A DNA stretch of 64,000 bases from contig CM119264.1 of the NCBI GenBank assembly GCA_051294375.1, positions 15,525,473-15,589,472 of the forward strand. The letters are read 5' to 3'. This document shows, in pieces, positions 28,009 through 41,232 of the stretch (position 1 is the stretch's first letter; every line of letters starts with the position of its first letter). The notes under the pieces were generated by a model, which worked only from the letters and a program-made list of their open reading frames with translations, was not told where the DNA came from and made no database searches. The translations under genes and the position numbers were made by a program. This DNA comes from Paraspadella gotoi (Eukaryota; Animalia; Chaetognatha).

Positions 28009-28231
28009 GTAATTTTTCAGGAAGTAAAAATGGAAAAGAGAGACATTTTGATAAACGTGTTCCAGTTAGGAAGAATTCAGGGTTAGTTTAAAAACGTTTC
28101 ATTTTCAATGATACAAGTTGAAATTTAAAATATCCCTCTATTACATTTTTCTAATTCAGTAATAAAAAATTTATTAAAAATATCAGATGGATTGGCTTTT
28201 TCGTTTGACCTGCAACTCTTCAGATGGGTTT

Positions 28232-29015
28232 CTTTTTATCGTCGCAATCGCTTTGCGTTTGCGACGATATTGTAACGCTTTTGCCCATAAGTGGCGTCGT
28301 CGTCGTTGGCGTTCCAAATTATAGATCGCCTTTTTTATGATTAAATTTAGGTATATGAAGCTGAAAATTTATATACAGCTTCTCATCATCGATGTGCTTT
28401 AAATTGAGTCTGGACAGTTATTAAATATGTTTTGTTTGTTTTATCAAAACAAACAAATTTTCTCTCTTTTATTTTCATATTTTTTTCTCTCTCTCTCTTC
28501 TCTTTTAATTACATGTCTCTCTCCCTCTCTCTTTTCCCTAGTCACTGATTCATAATCATAGGGGAAAAAAACGAGTCTGCAGCTGGCTCTGCAGGGGCTT
28601 ATTCTTTTTCTCTCTTTTCTCTTGCTGCTTCTGCTGCTGCCTTTTGAGTCTGCAGCTGGCTCTGCAGGGGCTCTTTCTTTTTCTCTCTTTTCTCCTGCTG
28701 CTTCTGCTGCTGCCTTTTGATTTCTTTCTTTTTTTCTGGGTGTCTCTGCTGCTGAAAATGATTTGGCTTCTTTCTTTCTCTGATTAATTTTTTCCCTCTA
28801 AAAACTTTTATTATCGCCATTTATTCCCAAATTTACATCCGAGATTTTCATGGATTTTTTTCGTGGATTATTTATTTTTTTTTTATTTTCTTTATTTTTT
28901 TCAAATTTGATTTTCTTTATTTTTTTCAAATTTGATTTTTTTAGTATCGAAATTTGTCATCAATCCAGATTTTTCTTATGCAATTGCGACGATCCTTATG
29001 CTTTTAAGATTTTTT
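28232..29015 (+). mobile_element. HINE/DINE-1-like (Helentron-derived) family 1, representative copy
   Basis: Subterminal inverted ATCGTCGCAA / TTGCGACGAT, ends in T-runs, CTG/CT-rich body. Other full or partial copies at ~2380-3137, 30556-30800, 31780-32245, 32452-34497, 42504-42930, 44204-45172, 58610-59230, 63845-64000, plus mirrors. Confidence 0.65.
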
Positions 29016-30020
29016 TTATGAAATTGGTACAACCATTATTAAAATTATCCAATATCCATTCATTTAAATTTTAATAAACAAGTTATCTTGCCCCTGATTT
29101 TGGACAGGCTTTGGTGGTTTAAGGCCTCAATCACTCTTACAAGATAATGCAAACTTTCAAGACTAGACTATATTATAATTAAAACCGATATAAAAGGGTG
29201 TAGAATGCATCAAATGAGCTCAGCTTTCTGAATCTATACTCCATTTTGGCCTAGTTTGAAGTTGATTTGAATGACCCTTTTTCTTAAGGGTCAAATATTG
29301 AAATTCGCCTCGATAGTTCTATTTGTATTCACATAAAGATCATTAATGCCAAATTTCAAATTTTTTGGTAACAAAAAACATGTACCTAATTTTATAATAT
29401 GAAGCCTTCTCAGTATAGGGGGTTTGTTGGTCTGCTTTTTTGTTTGAAAATTACTGCTACGCAATATATTTTTGTTTTACTTTATACTTTTCATGAATCA
29501 TATAATGGGTCATATTTTGAATCTTGTCCTAGGTCTGTCTAAATGATTTTTGGCTAAATTTTACTTTCGCCGATCGCGGTTTTGACGTCTTTTGAAAAAC
29601 TACTAAAAAATACTTATTTTTTAAAAAAATTTAAAAAAATATTACCTAATTACCCTAACCCTTTTAACCCTAACCAGTAACCACCCCTTGCCCTAAACGA
29701 CCCCTAAACCACTCTTAACCCTAACCCCTCCTTAACCCTGATTTTTTATAAGCTCTTATAATTATTTATCTTTACTATTATAACAATTTTGCATTAAATT
29801 AGCTAATAGATAATTTGGCATAATATTTAGCATAATTAGTTTATGCTAGATCGCGCCCTAAATTATGCTAAAAATATCTTTTCTGTGGAGTTTTATTCAG
29901 AGGCTATCACATTTGACAAGAATCTGTTTTTCGCAGCCACAATATTTTCAAAACAATAATTAATAATTTTTATTTTCAAATTTAAATTCACTTTTTAGTT
30001 CACTTTCGCGTTTTTCGTAG

Positions 30021-30193
30021 GTATTTCTGGATTGTTAGCGAGCTTTCGGTGGTCTACCTCCATATTCTCTAAACTTTATCCCCATCGCTCACCACCCTTT
30101 GATAATGTGATCACTCAGTTTTCGGCTTTCGGGGAAGATTGGAGCCAGACGAAAATCCGAGCTTTTGAATGGCATCCGCATACTCTGAAAGTG
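30021..30193 (+). CDS. AAAS: AAAS/Aladin exon
   Basis: LASFRWSTSIFSKLYPH...IRAFEWHPHTLKV resembles Aladin LCRWASSLHGSLFPH...RVFAWHPHTNKF; tag acceptor and gtgagt donor. Confidence 0.88.
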
Positions 30194-30283
30194 GTGAGTT
30201 TAAAAAATTTTTATTTATTGTACACATTAAAACAACACAAAAAATTCGATCTAGTATTGCGACGTTGGAAAAGGAGGTGATTC

Positions 30284-30397
30284 TATTGTCGGGCATTTCC
30301 TAAGTTCACCCCGCCTATAAGCATGACACTTTCAGTTGCGACCCGGTGGCTCATTGAGTAAAGCCATCAGCTCATGACCACGAGGTACTGGGTTCCG
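30284..30397 (+). mobile_element. 3'-truncated family A LTR (mirror at ~16787-16897 on minus)
   Basis: Matches the LTR start through the tRNA-like B box, then stops. Confidence 0.75.
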
Positions 30398-31896
30398 ATA
30401 ACCGTTAACCGTTATTAACGGTTAAAAATAATTTTAACCTAACCGTTAATATACCCCGTGTCCGTTCGCGAGTGACACCAAAAAAATCTTTACTGTACTT
30501 AAATATTTAATAAACATAATTCATAAGTATATCATTAGTTGGAGAACAACTTGACGTTTTTATCGTCGCAATCGCTTATACAGCTTCTCATCATCGATGT
30601 GCTTAAAATTGAGTCTGGACAGTTATTAAATATGTTTTGTTTACGTTTTATCAAAACAAACAAATTTTCTCTTATTTTTATATTTCTTTCTCTCTTTCTC
30701 TTTTCTCTTTTTATTACATGTCTTTCTCCCTCTCTCTTTTCCCTAGTCACTGATTCATAGACAAAGGGGAAAAAAATGAGTCTGCAGCTGGCTCTGCAGT
30801 AGAGCGTTCAAAGATAACAAAATATAAAATATTTAATTTCATTCATTATTGTTTTGATGGAATAAGGTTTGAAGAATTCGATGATGATAACCATTTTTTA
30901 GTATAGTTTCATCTTCCTTGTCGCCAGTGGCTATTTTTGAAGCATATAAGGTGCTATTAAAATGGCGCAACCATTGTAGAGTATGAGAAACTAAAATTAT
31001 CAAAATTTTATAAAAGTTATATCTAGCTTATATAATATGAAAATAAAGACCCATAACAATATTTTGGTAAGTTTATTTACAAATTTTATTAACAGTTTGT
31101 TAGCTATATTTATTAATAACTAGTAGTTAAAAATAGGCTAAAGTAAAAAAATAAATATTTTGAAATTTTAAAACCGGATTTTTGAATTCCTTGCAAAAAG
31201 TTGATATAAGAAAGTAAAATCTATTTTAACAAATTCTTTCATTAAGTTGGTTAAAAATATTAAAAACTATGATATTTGTTTAATTTTATAATTTTTGGCT
31301 TAAAATTATAATTTTTTTAAAATTTTGACTAACTTAATGACATAATTTTTTAATAAAAATTATATTTTCTTATATCAACTTTTTGCAAGGAATGCGAATC
31401 CGGGATAAAAATTTTTAAATTATTATTTTTTAACTTTAGCCTAATTTTTATTCATAATTATTAATAAATATAACTAACTTTTAATAAAACATAAAATTGA
31501 AAAATAAATTTACCAAAATATTTTTATAGGTCTTTATTTTTATATTTCAAAAGCTTATATAATATATAATTTTAAAAAAAAATAATTTGATTTATCATAA
31601 CTTATAATGTTTGCCCTATTTTATTAGCATTTTATATACATTAAAAATTGTCATTTCCGATAAGAAAGATGAAATTATACAAAAAAATGGTCATCACCAT
31701 TGAATTCTGCAGACCTTATTACAGTAAAATAATTATGAATATATTTTTTTTATTATATTGTTATATTTAAACGCTCTACTCTGCAGGGGCTTATTCTTTT
31801 TCTCTCTTTTCTCCTGCTGCTTCTGCCTTTTGATTTCTTTCTTTTTTTCTGGGTGCCTCTGCTGCTGCCACTGCTGATTCGTCTGAAACGATTTGG

Positions 31897-31934
<38 letters not shown>

Positions 31935-32997
31935 TAATTTTTTCTCTTTAAAAACTTTTATTATCGCCATTTATTCCCAAATTTACATCCGAGATTTTCG
32001 TAGATTTTTTTTTCCTAAATATTCTAAATATCAATCAGAATAATATTTTTTTTAAATATATATTTACTTACTCGAAAATAAGTTATTTTACTGTTTTATA
32101 TTTATTATTCTTTTTTTTAATTTTCTTTCTGTTTATAAATTTATTTTCTTTTCTCAAATATAATTTTTTTTTAGTATCAAAATTTGTTGTCAATCCAGAT
32201 TTTTCTTATGCGATTGCGACGATCCCTTATGCTTTTAAGATTTTTTATGTATAAGTTTCATTTCGTGTTTAATTCATTTACTATTCTTTGTTTAATTTTT
32301 TATCTAACACAGTAAAATTGGCAAAAAAAAGACCATTTGAGGTGTGTTCTAGATTGAATTTTTCAAAGATTTTATATCATAAGAAATCCCTATTAATGGT
32401 CTAATCAATGGCTGAATTATCGTAATGTTGAATAAATTTTGAGTAATGATTTTTATTGTCGCACTCGCTTAGCGTTTGCGACGATATTGTATCGCTTTTG
32501 CCCATAAGTGGCGTCGTCGTTGTCGTCGGCGTTCCAAATTATAGATCGCCTTTTTATCGTCGCAATCGCATAAGTGGCGTCGTTGTCGTCGTCGGCGTTC
32601 CAAATTATAGATCGCCTTTTTTATGATTAAATTTGGGTGTATGAAGCTGAAAATTTATATACAGCTTCTCATCATCGATGTGCTTAAAACTGAGTCTGGA
32701 CAGTTATTAAATGTTTCGTTTACATTTTATCAAAACAAACAATTGTTTTCTCTTTTATTTTCATATTTCTTTCTCTCTCTCTTTTCTCTTTTAATTACAT
32801 GTCTCTCTCCCTCTCTCTTTTCCCTAGTCACTGATTCATAATCATAGGGAAACAAAACGAGTCTGCAGCTGGCTCTGCAGGGGCTTATTCTTTTTCTCTC
32901 TTTTCTCTTGCTGCTTCTGCTGCTGCCTTTTGAGTCTGCAGCTGGCTCTGCAGGGGCTCTTTCTTTTTCTCTCTTTTCTCCTACTACTGCCTTTTGA

Positions 32998-34240
32998 TTT
33001 TTAGTCCGATCTGCTTATCAGCAGATCCCGACTCTATAATTCACTTTGTCGATCCGTCGGTCCGCCCCTCAATATTGTCGGGCACTAACTTATATCATGT
33101 CAGAACATCGAATTATGATAAATTATGCAAAAAAAAAAATGATGTCCATCCGTCTGTCCGTCCGTCCGTCCGTCCGTCCCACCTTAGCAAAAAACACCAA
33201 TTACTCGTGATTGGATGGATGGATTTGAATGAAATTTTGTGTGTGGGTAGGGAAGTGTGTGATTGAGCTCGATTTAAAGTTTCGATGGAATCGTCTGAGT
33301 GGAAATGAGTTTAAATAAAAAAAAAATATAATTCACTATTTGAACACCAATTGCTCATGAATGGATGGGGCGATTGACCTGGAATTTTGTGAGTAGGAAA
33401 GTGTGTGATTGAACAGGAAACCAAGTTTCGATGGAATCGTTTGAGTGGAAATGAGTTTAAATGGAAAAAAACAAAACTGTTTCACTAATTGATTATGATT
33501 TTTTTCCTTTTAAATGTATATGCAGGATGTATTAATAAATCAAATAATTAATCAGTTAATTAATCAATTAGTCAATTTATTAATCACTAATTAATTTATC
33601 AGTCAATCAATACGTCCATCCGTCCCACCTTAGCAAAAAGCCCCAATAACTCATGATTGGCTGGTTGGATCGGAATGAAATTTTGTGTATGGGTAGGAAC
33701 ATGTGTGATGAAGCTGGATATAAAGTTTCGACGGAATCATGTGGATATGAGTTTAAATGGAAAAAACATAAGTCGCATTTACTAAAATCTTTTTACTTAT
33801 TTTAACCAATAAATACTCTAATTAATCATAATTGGATGGATAGATTGAGTTCAAATTTTGTGTGTGGGTAGGAAAATGTGTGACAAAGCTTGATATAAAG
33901 TTTTGGTACGAGTGGAAATGAGTTTAAATGAAAAAAATATGAGTCACAATGACTTGACTCTTTTTACTTATTTTAACCCATAATAGATTGAGATGAAATT
34001 TTGTGAGCAGGAAGGAAAGTTTGTAAAGAAGCTAGATATAAAGTTTTGACGGAATTGTGCCAGTGGAAATGAGTTTAAATGGAAAAAATATAAGTCACAT
34101 TTACTTTATTTTAAGGACATCGATGATGATAAGCTGTATATAAATTTATAATTAATTATTAAATATTAAAATTAATTAATTATTCGATTAATTAACTAAT
34201 TAATTTTTGTAGGCAGATCCGATATTGTTTGCTCAAACTT
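32998..34240 (+). mobile_element. HINE/DINE-1-like family 2 with CCGT microsatellite, representative copy
   Basis: 5' GATCTGC..GCAGATC hairpin, (CCGT)n tract, 3' GCAGATCCGA..GTTTGCTCAAAC hairpin; inserted in T-runs inside a family 1 copy. Other copies on minus at ~37055-37928, 49333-50153, ~51000-51653, 53305-53760. Confidence 0.68.
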
Positions 34241-34960
34241 GTTTTCTTTTTTTCTGGGTGCCTCTTCTGCTGAAAATGATTTGGCTTCTTTCTCTCTCTC
34301 TCTTTCTCTGATTAATTTTTTCCCTCTAAAAACTTTCATTATCGCCATTTATTCCCAAATTTACATCCGAGATTTTCATGGATTATTTTTTTTTCTTTTT
34401 TTTTTTTCAAATTTGATTTTTTTAGTATCAAAATTTGTTGTCAATCCAGATTTTTCTTATGCAATTGCGACGATCCTTATGCTTTTAAGATTTTTTAATA
34501 TATATTTACTTTATTATTTTATTTTATTTCAATTTACTTCACTTTAGTCTTTACTTCACTTCGTCAGTCTGATTCAGGTTTCTGGGAATGTTGACAGTGT
34601 TTAGAGAGGTCGTATTCGATCAAACTGCGGGCTAAAAGTAAAACAAAAGTACCTTCAATAATGTTTTATATTTATTTATTTATTTTTTTCTGTTTATAAA
34701 TTAATTTTCTTTTTTCAAATTTGATTTTTTTAGTATCAAAATTTGTCTTCAATCCAGATTTTTCTTATGCGATTGCGACGATCCTTATGCTTTTTAGATT
34801 TTTTATGATTAAATTTGGGTGTATGAAGCTGAAAATATAGCGCTGAAGTGATCGGGTCATTGGCGTGTTATTGGTTGAGATGACATTTTTTTACTGAATA
34901 TGAAATTGGATGACCATTAAATAAAAGTTGTTTTACATAAGTAAATATCAATTTAATCTT

Positions 34961-36480
34961 GGCAGTGATTTCTATTCGGGTATTTTCAACAATAGAATTG
35001 AAACTTATATAACTATTATTTCTTTTTTTTCCACTGATTAATATAAAATATGCTTTATTTACAAAAAACGGTTGGCTATAGTTATTTTCTCCTTATAACA
35101 TCGAACTCACTGGGTGAATTCCTATGCTTTCAAAATACGGTAAGACATAATTTCTTTTACCTTAAGATGAAACTAAAACGATTTTTCATGGTAAGGGCAA
35201 CTTTTAAAGATTAAATTGCTCGTCAGATCTATCACGTTTTTTAGATTAAGCAAAAAAACGGCACGCTATATTTTAAAACTCTTTTCCATTTTTTCCACTA
35301 TTTTTTTCTCTCTTGAACCTTCTCTCTGTCCCTCTTTTTTCTCTCTTTCTCTCTGTCTTTCTCTCCCTTTCTCCGACTTTTCTGTCTTCATATTTTTCTG
35401 TGTCATCCATTCTTTTCTTCCTTTACCTTTATTTCTCTTCCTCTCTATCTCTGCTTTTCTCTCCCTCTCTGATTATTTTTCTTCCCTCTTTCTTATCTTT
35501 TCTTTTCTCTTAATTGTTTTCGTTTTTCCCCTTCTCCCATATATTAATTTCTTTCCACTCTTTCTCTCTCTCCCTACAACTTTTTTTCACACATGCTCTC
35601 TCTTCTCTTATCTTTTTTTCATTCTCACTCATTTTTTGCATTTATATCATACTGGATGTATAAAAATCTTTAAAATGTATTGTAAGAAAAAAAATCTTGG
35701 GTAGCGTATGGTTTTATTCAAAGTTTGGTTGCCTAGCAGATTTAAAAAATTGACTGATTTTTGCGGAAATTTTTTCCGCAAAAACCTGTCGATTGAGAGG
35801 GAAAAAATTACTGACGCTTTCCATTACATTAAAAGAATGCGGTTTTTTTAATTAGTTAACCTTAGTATATTTGTCATCTATTAAAACTATAAAATAAGTC
35901 AAAAACCGAGTTTTAGTTCAAATAAAACGCACCTCACAAATCCTCACAAATTAAAAGTTGACTTAAAATTTAATTTCTGCAAAACTATTAAATTTTTTGC
36001 CCTAATTTTTTAGGTACCAGAAGCACCGTTGAAAGGGAATATTTGATTGACTTGTGGACATTTTGAAGTATTTTCGTTTAACAAATTGTAATAAAATGTA
36101 AAAATGTAATTTTTTTACTAGTCAATTTAAAAATTAATTTATAGGCAAACAATGGATGACCAACGGCAAATGAACCCACTCAGTGGTAAAGAAGATAAGA
36201 AGTACCCGAAATCCGGAGTAAAAAATTTTTTTTCAATGATCTTGACGTTCAAATCTCAAAAAAAAGTCAAAATGGACAAAAATGGACAGAATTTTTTTTA
36301 TTAAAAGTTGCAAAAATTATATCGATTCTTGATTAGAAAAAGCAGCAGATGATTTTAATTAATCCGTAGTCCAGCCCACTTTGTCTTAGGGTTCAAATTT
36401 AATCAATTCTGTTGATAATATTCTAGCAATATTGCAAAAAGTGGTTTTTTTTGCTGAATTCCTCGATAGAAATCACTGCC
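34961..36480. mobile_element. Non-autonomous TIR DNA transposon (~1.5 kb) with CT-rich interior
   Basis: TIRs GGCAGTGATTTCTAT / ATAGAAATCACTGCC; TCTT on both flanks; second copy at 59232-62748. Confidence 0.78.
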
Positions 36481-38061
36481 TCTTATGAAATTAAAATATA
36501 ATAAACGTTCAGTACACTTTGCTACAGAATAAAGGAAAAAAAAACTTATCCAATTAGAAATGGTACGCATTTTTTTGGTGTCACTCGCGAACGGACACAA
36601 GGTATTTTAACGGTTAAATTCGGTTATTTTATGTTATTTTTTGTTTTTATTGGTTGTTTGTTTTTATTTTGTGTTTAGTTTTTGTTTTTATTTTATTTTT
36701 ATTTGTTATTCTTTTTTTAAAAGAAAAGTATTTTTTTCCTGTCCTCTCCTTTCCTGTCCTCTCGTCTTGCTATCCCTTTCTCGCCATATTTTGCCCCCTC
36801 TCTTCTCCATTTTTTTCCCTACTTTTTTTCCTTTATTTTAAACCCTTTTAATATTTTTTTTATATCCTAATCTCTCTAATTCTTTTTTCCCCTCACTTTA
36901 TATCCTTCTGTACCTTATTTTTTCTTTCTCTCTTTTCCCCTCCTTTCTCCCCCATTGTTTTCTCTTCTTGTGAAGAAGTTTTGTCTTCACGCTTACGGAG
37001 ACAAACGATTTTAGCTTCTCCCGTTAACATGAGTTTCACTGATGTTTTGAAGAACAAGTTTGAGCAAACAATGTCGGATCTGACCACGATCATTAGCGGT
37101 AATTAATTAATTAATTAACACAAACTATATAAAGTAAATAATTTAATTAATAAATTAATTAATTTGATCCGAAATGTTTGTTTTTAGGTCTTTTCGTTAC
37201 TGACCACGACAAAAGCAACGACGAATGATTATGGCGATGACAACAATAATGCCGATAAAGATTGACTTGATTGATTGATTAATTTCATTAAATAATTAAT
37301 TAAATTATAAATAAATTGATTGAATGATTAATTAATAGATAACTAAATATTGTTTGATTGAAAGAATAATTGATCGATTAATTGACCGATTAATTATTTA
37401 TTAATTGATTAATTATTTGATTAATTAAAACATCTTTCATTTACATTTAATATAAAAAGAAAAAGAAACAATTAAAAAAATAGGCTTTTTGTTTTTTTCC
37501 ATTTAAACTCATTTCCACTAACTCCTACCTGCATACAAAATTTCATATCAATCGCCTCATCCACTCATGAGTAATTGGCGTTCAAATAATGAAATATATA
37601 TTTTTTTTTGTTTTTTCCATTTAAACTCATTTCCACTCGCATGATTCCATCAAAACTTTATATCCAACTCAATCACACACTTCCCTACCCACACACAAAA
37701 TTTAATTCCAATCCATCCATCCAACGAGTAATTTGAGTTTTTTGCTAAGATGGGACGGACAGACAGACAGATGAACGGATTTTGGGTTTTTTGTTTTTTT
37801 TGCATAATTTATCATAATTCGATATTCTGACATATATGTAAATGCCCGACAAGATTGAGGGGGCGGACCGACGGACCGACAAAGTGAATTATAGAGTCGG
37901 GATCTGCTGAAACAGATCCGACTAAAAAGAATTATATTATATTAACTTTTTGCAAGGAATCCAAATCTGATCTTCATGGTAATTATCCTTTCTTTTTCGT
38001 TGTTTGAGAGATTAACAAAGTTTGATTTTATTTTTGCAACGAATTTTATTTTACAAGAGCA

Positions 38062-38096
38062 GACATGTTTCGGCTCACAATACGAGCCTTCATCAG
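38062..38096 (-). ncRNA. Minimal type-I hammerhead ribozyme (Penelope-type)
   Basis: CTGATGA-AGGCTC-GTATTGT-GAGCC-GAAA-CATGTC with palindromic stem III (ACATGT). Confidence 0.8.
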
Positions 38097-38311
38097 CGCA
38101 TATGAGTTGTGAACTTGATACAAGTTTTTAGTTAGTCTCTCTCACCAATTTTCACTTCTTTTCAAAACTTATTCAAACTAGCCACTTCTAAAAATCTGTC
38201 CTCACCACTGATCACTGTCCTTACTCAATTCTTTGTTGGAAACCTTTAGCCCTCTCTCTCTCTCTCTCTCTCTTTTTCTTTAACTTGTATCAAGTTCACA
38301 ACTCATATGCG

Positions 38312-38346
38312 CTGATGAAGGCTCGTATTGTGAGCCGAACCATGTC
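38312..38346 (+). ncRNA. Minimal hammerhead, inverted partner copy (GAAA changed to GAAC)
   Basis: CTGATGAAGGCTCGTATTGTGAGCCGAACCATGTC; right arm of the inverted repeat 38017-38125 / 38282-38401. Confidence 0.65.
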
Positions 38347-38783
38347 TGCTTTTGTAAAATAAAATTCGTTGCAAAAAAAAAAAAAAAAAATCAAACTTTG
38401 TAATTTTTTTAATTTTAAGATTAGATTTAACATTTTGAAATTTTAGCTATTATATACTTATTGCTATATAAAAATATAGCTCACTGGTGCCCATTATTGT
38501 ATAAAATTAAAAAATAAATTTACCAAAGTATTTTTATTGGATTTTGTTTTCATGTTCTATATGCTAAATTTTAATTTTCTAAAATTTTATCATTTTCACA
38601 TCATTCTGTGAGAGCTCTGATTCAGAAAGAGAGCGTCGCTCGTATCAAGTGACCCAACGGCGACAAAAAGTTCGGTCGAAACGTCGGCCGAATCGTCGGC
38701 CGAATCGTCCGCCATAGTTGTCCAAACCGACATCAACTGGTTAATTCCGTTCTCTTAAAAATATTCATATTATTTTGGGACAG

Positions 38784-39156
38784 GCGGTGGCTACGCATGA
38801 CGATACGATTCATGTTTACTACGGTCTCTCGGCCGAAAAGACGCTCATTCCAACGCTCAAACACCCGCGTCAGAAAAACGTTGCCGATCTTAAATGGCGA
38901 CCTTATTCCTCGTCTGGCCTTGGTGTTGCTGTTCAGGACGGCATTATTCTTTGGACGGTTGACCCAAACTCTCTCTCTGCCCGACCAGCGTCGTCCAGCG
39001 TCATGTTTTTTACTTTGCCGGGCCACCGACCAGTCACTTCTTTGGCCTGGGGCACCTACTCAGGGATGCTCTTCTCGGCTTCTCCGTGCGACGGGAAGGT
39101 CGTTGCCTGGGATGTATCTCGAGAGGGCGTCACCGCTCCTCTCATTGCCGTCAGTG
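38784..39156 (+). CDS. AAAS: AAAS/Aladin exon (WD40 repeats)
   Basis: AVATHDDTIHVY...LKHPRQKNVADLKWRP...WTVDPNSLSARP...PGHRPVTSLAW; cag/gtgagt boundaries; phase 0 join to the previous exon. Confidence 0.92.
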
Positions 39157-39405
39157 GTGAGTGATTTTTTTCCGGTAGGGTTTGTTTTGTTTTGTTTGTT
39201 TTTATCCTCTCAATTTTTTACCAGCGCGAGGATGCGCCGTATATGACATCGAGATAAGGAAGAATAAAATATAATGTTTTACTTGATAAATTAACGTGGG
39301 GAGGAAGAGGATGGTTTGTTAGATCAGGAGGGTAGTGCGGGGTAATTCGAAACGGGGGTATTTATTGTCACTCGAGAAGACAATTTCTAAATAAAAGAAA
39401 GAATC

Positions 39406-39477
39406 TATCCAATTCGGGGATCGAACCCGAACTCGAGCGCTGGGACGCCAAGATTCCCAATCTTTAGCCACCAGACG
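39406..39477 (-). mobile_element. tRNA-derived SINE head or tRNA pseudogene
   Basis: TGGCTAAAG A box, GGTTCGATCCC B box, imperfect cloverleaf with a CCC-containing loop. Confidence 0.55.
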
Positions 39478-40230
39478 ACCACAAGATCCTCTTCTCTAAA
39501 TCTCAACTTCAAGAACTTAATTTGATAAGAAGTCTTGTTTTATGGCAACCAAACTCATTCAACAGAAGATGTCTCATTGGTAGTGGATCTATTGTTTACT
39601 TTATGATTTGTTTGCTGAAGATTATTCAGTCTATCTTTTTGTCTCCATTTGAAAATAATTGTTTTTATTTGATCATCAAATGTAATTAATACATTATCTA
39701 CTGATGAGAAAGACTTCTTGAAATCAAAGTTAAATCCATCGTCACACCTTCCCTGCAATATTACGTTCCAAGAGATAGTCATCTTTGGCACCAATATCTT
39801 AGAACTGTAACTCAATAAGTGCCACGCCCACTTCATCACGCTTTGGCGAGACTCCGTGACCCGGCCACATATTTCGGAACGCTGACTTATAAAATTAAAT
39901 AAAATAATTGTGTAAAAATTTTTTATAATTTTATAAAATACTTTTTTTCTAACCGAATTTTATATTTTTAAAAGCAGATTCACCATAACAATGCGTAATC
40001 ATTGATGTATTAGAGCTAATACATCGAGAAATACATTATAGTCATCAGTAATCACAAAATAAATAAGTTTTTATTTATATATAAACATTCTGTTTTCAAT
40101 AATTTATTTTAAATGTTAAATTGGTAAGCATATTTTTTAAAGATTTGTTTTTCAATCTGGTTGTTAAAAAATTTTAGGTAATAAGTTTAAACACTGTAAA
40201 GGAAAATTTAGAAGGGGAGAATTAAACAAT

Positions 40231-40616
40231 TGAAGAGACAGTAATAATTGTTATGAAATTGGTACAACCAATATAAAAATTATCCATTCATTTAATAAAT
40301 AAGCTATCTTGCCCCTAATAGTGACAAAAAAAAAACTGATATAAATAGGCATGAATCAAATAGACAATGTTTAATAATAACATGCATCGGCAAGTTCAGA
40401 GTCTTTGAGATTGTCCATGATATTGTCTCCAACAACAGAACCGTTCAATATAAGCAGTCCCTGAGCTTCGGATCAGGCTGTAACACGGTGTTTCAGGCGG
40501 GTAGAACTTTGGAACTTTAGAACTTTAGAACCCCGGACCTTTGGGTTGGGAGGCGAATGACTTGCCTCGGCACCAATGGCCACTGATGAACAGTTGGTGG
40601 ATTTTAGTCCACCATA
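40231..40616 (-). mobile_element. Family C element interrupted by a ~180-bp insertion
   Basis: Both termini present (TGAAGAGACAG and CCACCATA) with 4-bp TSD CAAT; part of the ribozyme core replaced by AGAACTTT repeats. Confidence 0.78.
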
Positions 40617-40868
40617 CAATTAATCTCGTGACTCGTTGGTTTTCCAGTCATGAACAAAATCTTTAGTTAAATAGATGGTAAAGAAATTCAAGATACAATG
40701 AATCTACACTAAGAGTTGCAGCCTAAACAACTGCAATAATATTGATTTATAAATTTGATTAGGAATATAAAAACATTTGTAAAAATGTAATAGAGAGACA
40801 TTTTGATAAACGCGTTCCAGTTAGGAAGAATTCAGGGTATAAAAACGTTTCATTTTCAAGGATACAAG

Positions 40869-41102
40869 TATGGTGGACTAAAATCCACCAACCGTTCATC
40901 AGCGGCCATTGGTGCTGGAGGCAAGTCATTCGCCTCCCAACCCAAAGGTCCGGGGTTCTAGCCCAGTGGTCGCCTAGCAGTTAAGAGGGACGGGGCGCTT
41001 AACCCGCCTGTAACATGGTGTTACAGCCTGATCCAAAGCTCAGGGACTGCTTATATTGAACGGTTCTGTCACTAACTCATAACAATGATCACTGTCTCTT
41101 CA
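40869..41102 (+). mobile_element. Solo LTR-like element, family C (tRNA-like head plus twister)
   Basis: TATGGTGG...TCTCTTCA with 4-bp TSD CAAG; the paralogous empty site GATACAAGTTGAAAT is at ~28110. A box at 40910, B box GGTTCTAGCC at 40954. Confidence 0.85.
40977..41050 (+). ncRNA. Type-P5 twister ribozyme candidate (family C)
   Basis: GCAGT-TAA-GAGG-GA-CGG-GGCGCT-TAA-CCC-GC-[CTGTAAC..GTTACAG]-CCTGA-T-CCA-AA-GC-TCAGG-G-ACTGC. Predicted cut at 41000|41001. This copy has a T1 mismatch that is paired in the other copies. Confidence 0.72.
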
Positions 41103-41232
41103 CAAGTTTAAATTTAAAAATGTCTCTCTATTACATTTTTTTCTAATTCAGTAATAGAAAATTCATAAAAAATATCAGATGGATTGGCTTTTTCGTTTGA
41201 CCTGCAACTCTTCAGATAGGTTTCTTTTATAT

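Noticed and set aside
38640-38730. CGAAACGTCGG as a hammerhead or an extra AAAS exon
   Set aside because: No CTGANGA with a stem II upstream, and the flanking exons already join without a gap (HTLKV|AVATHDD).
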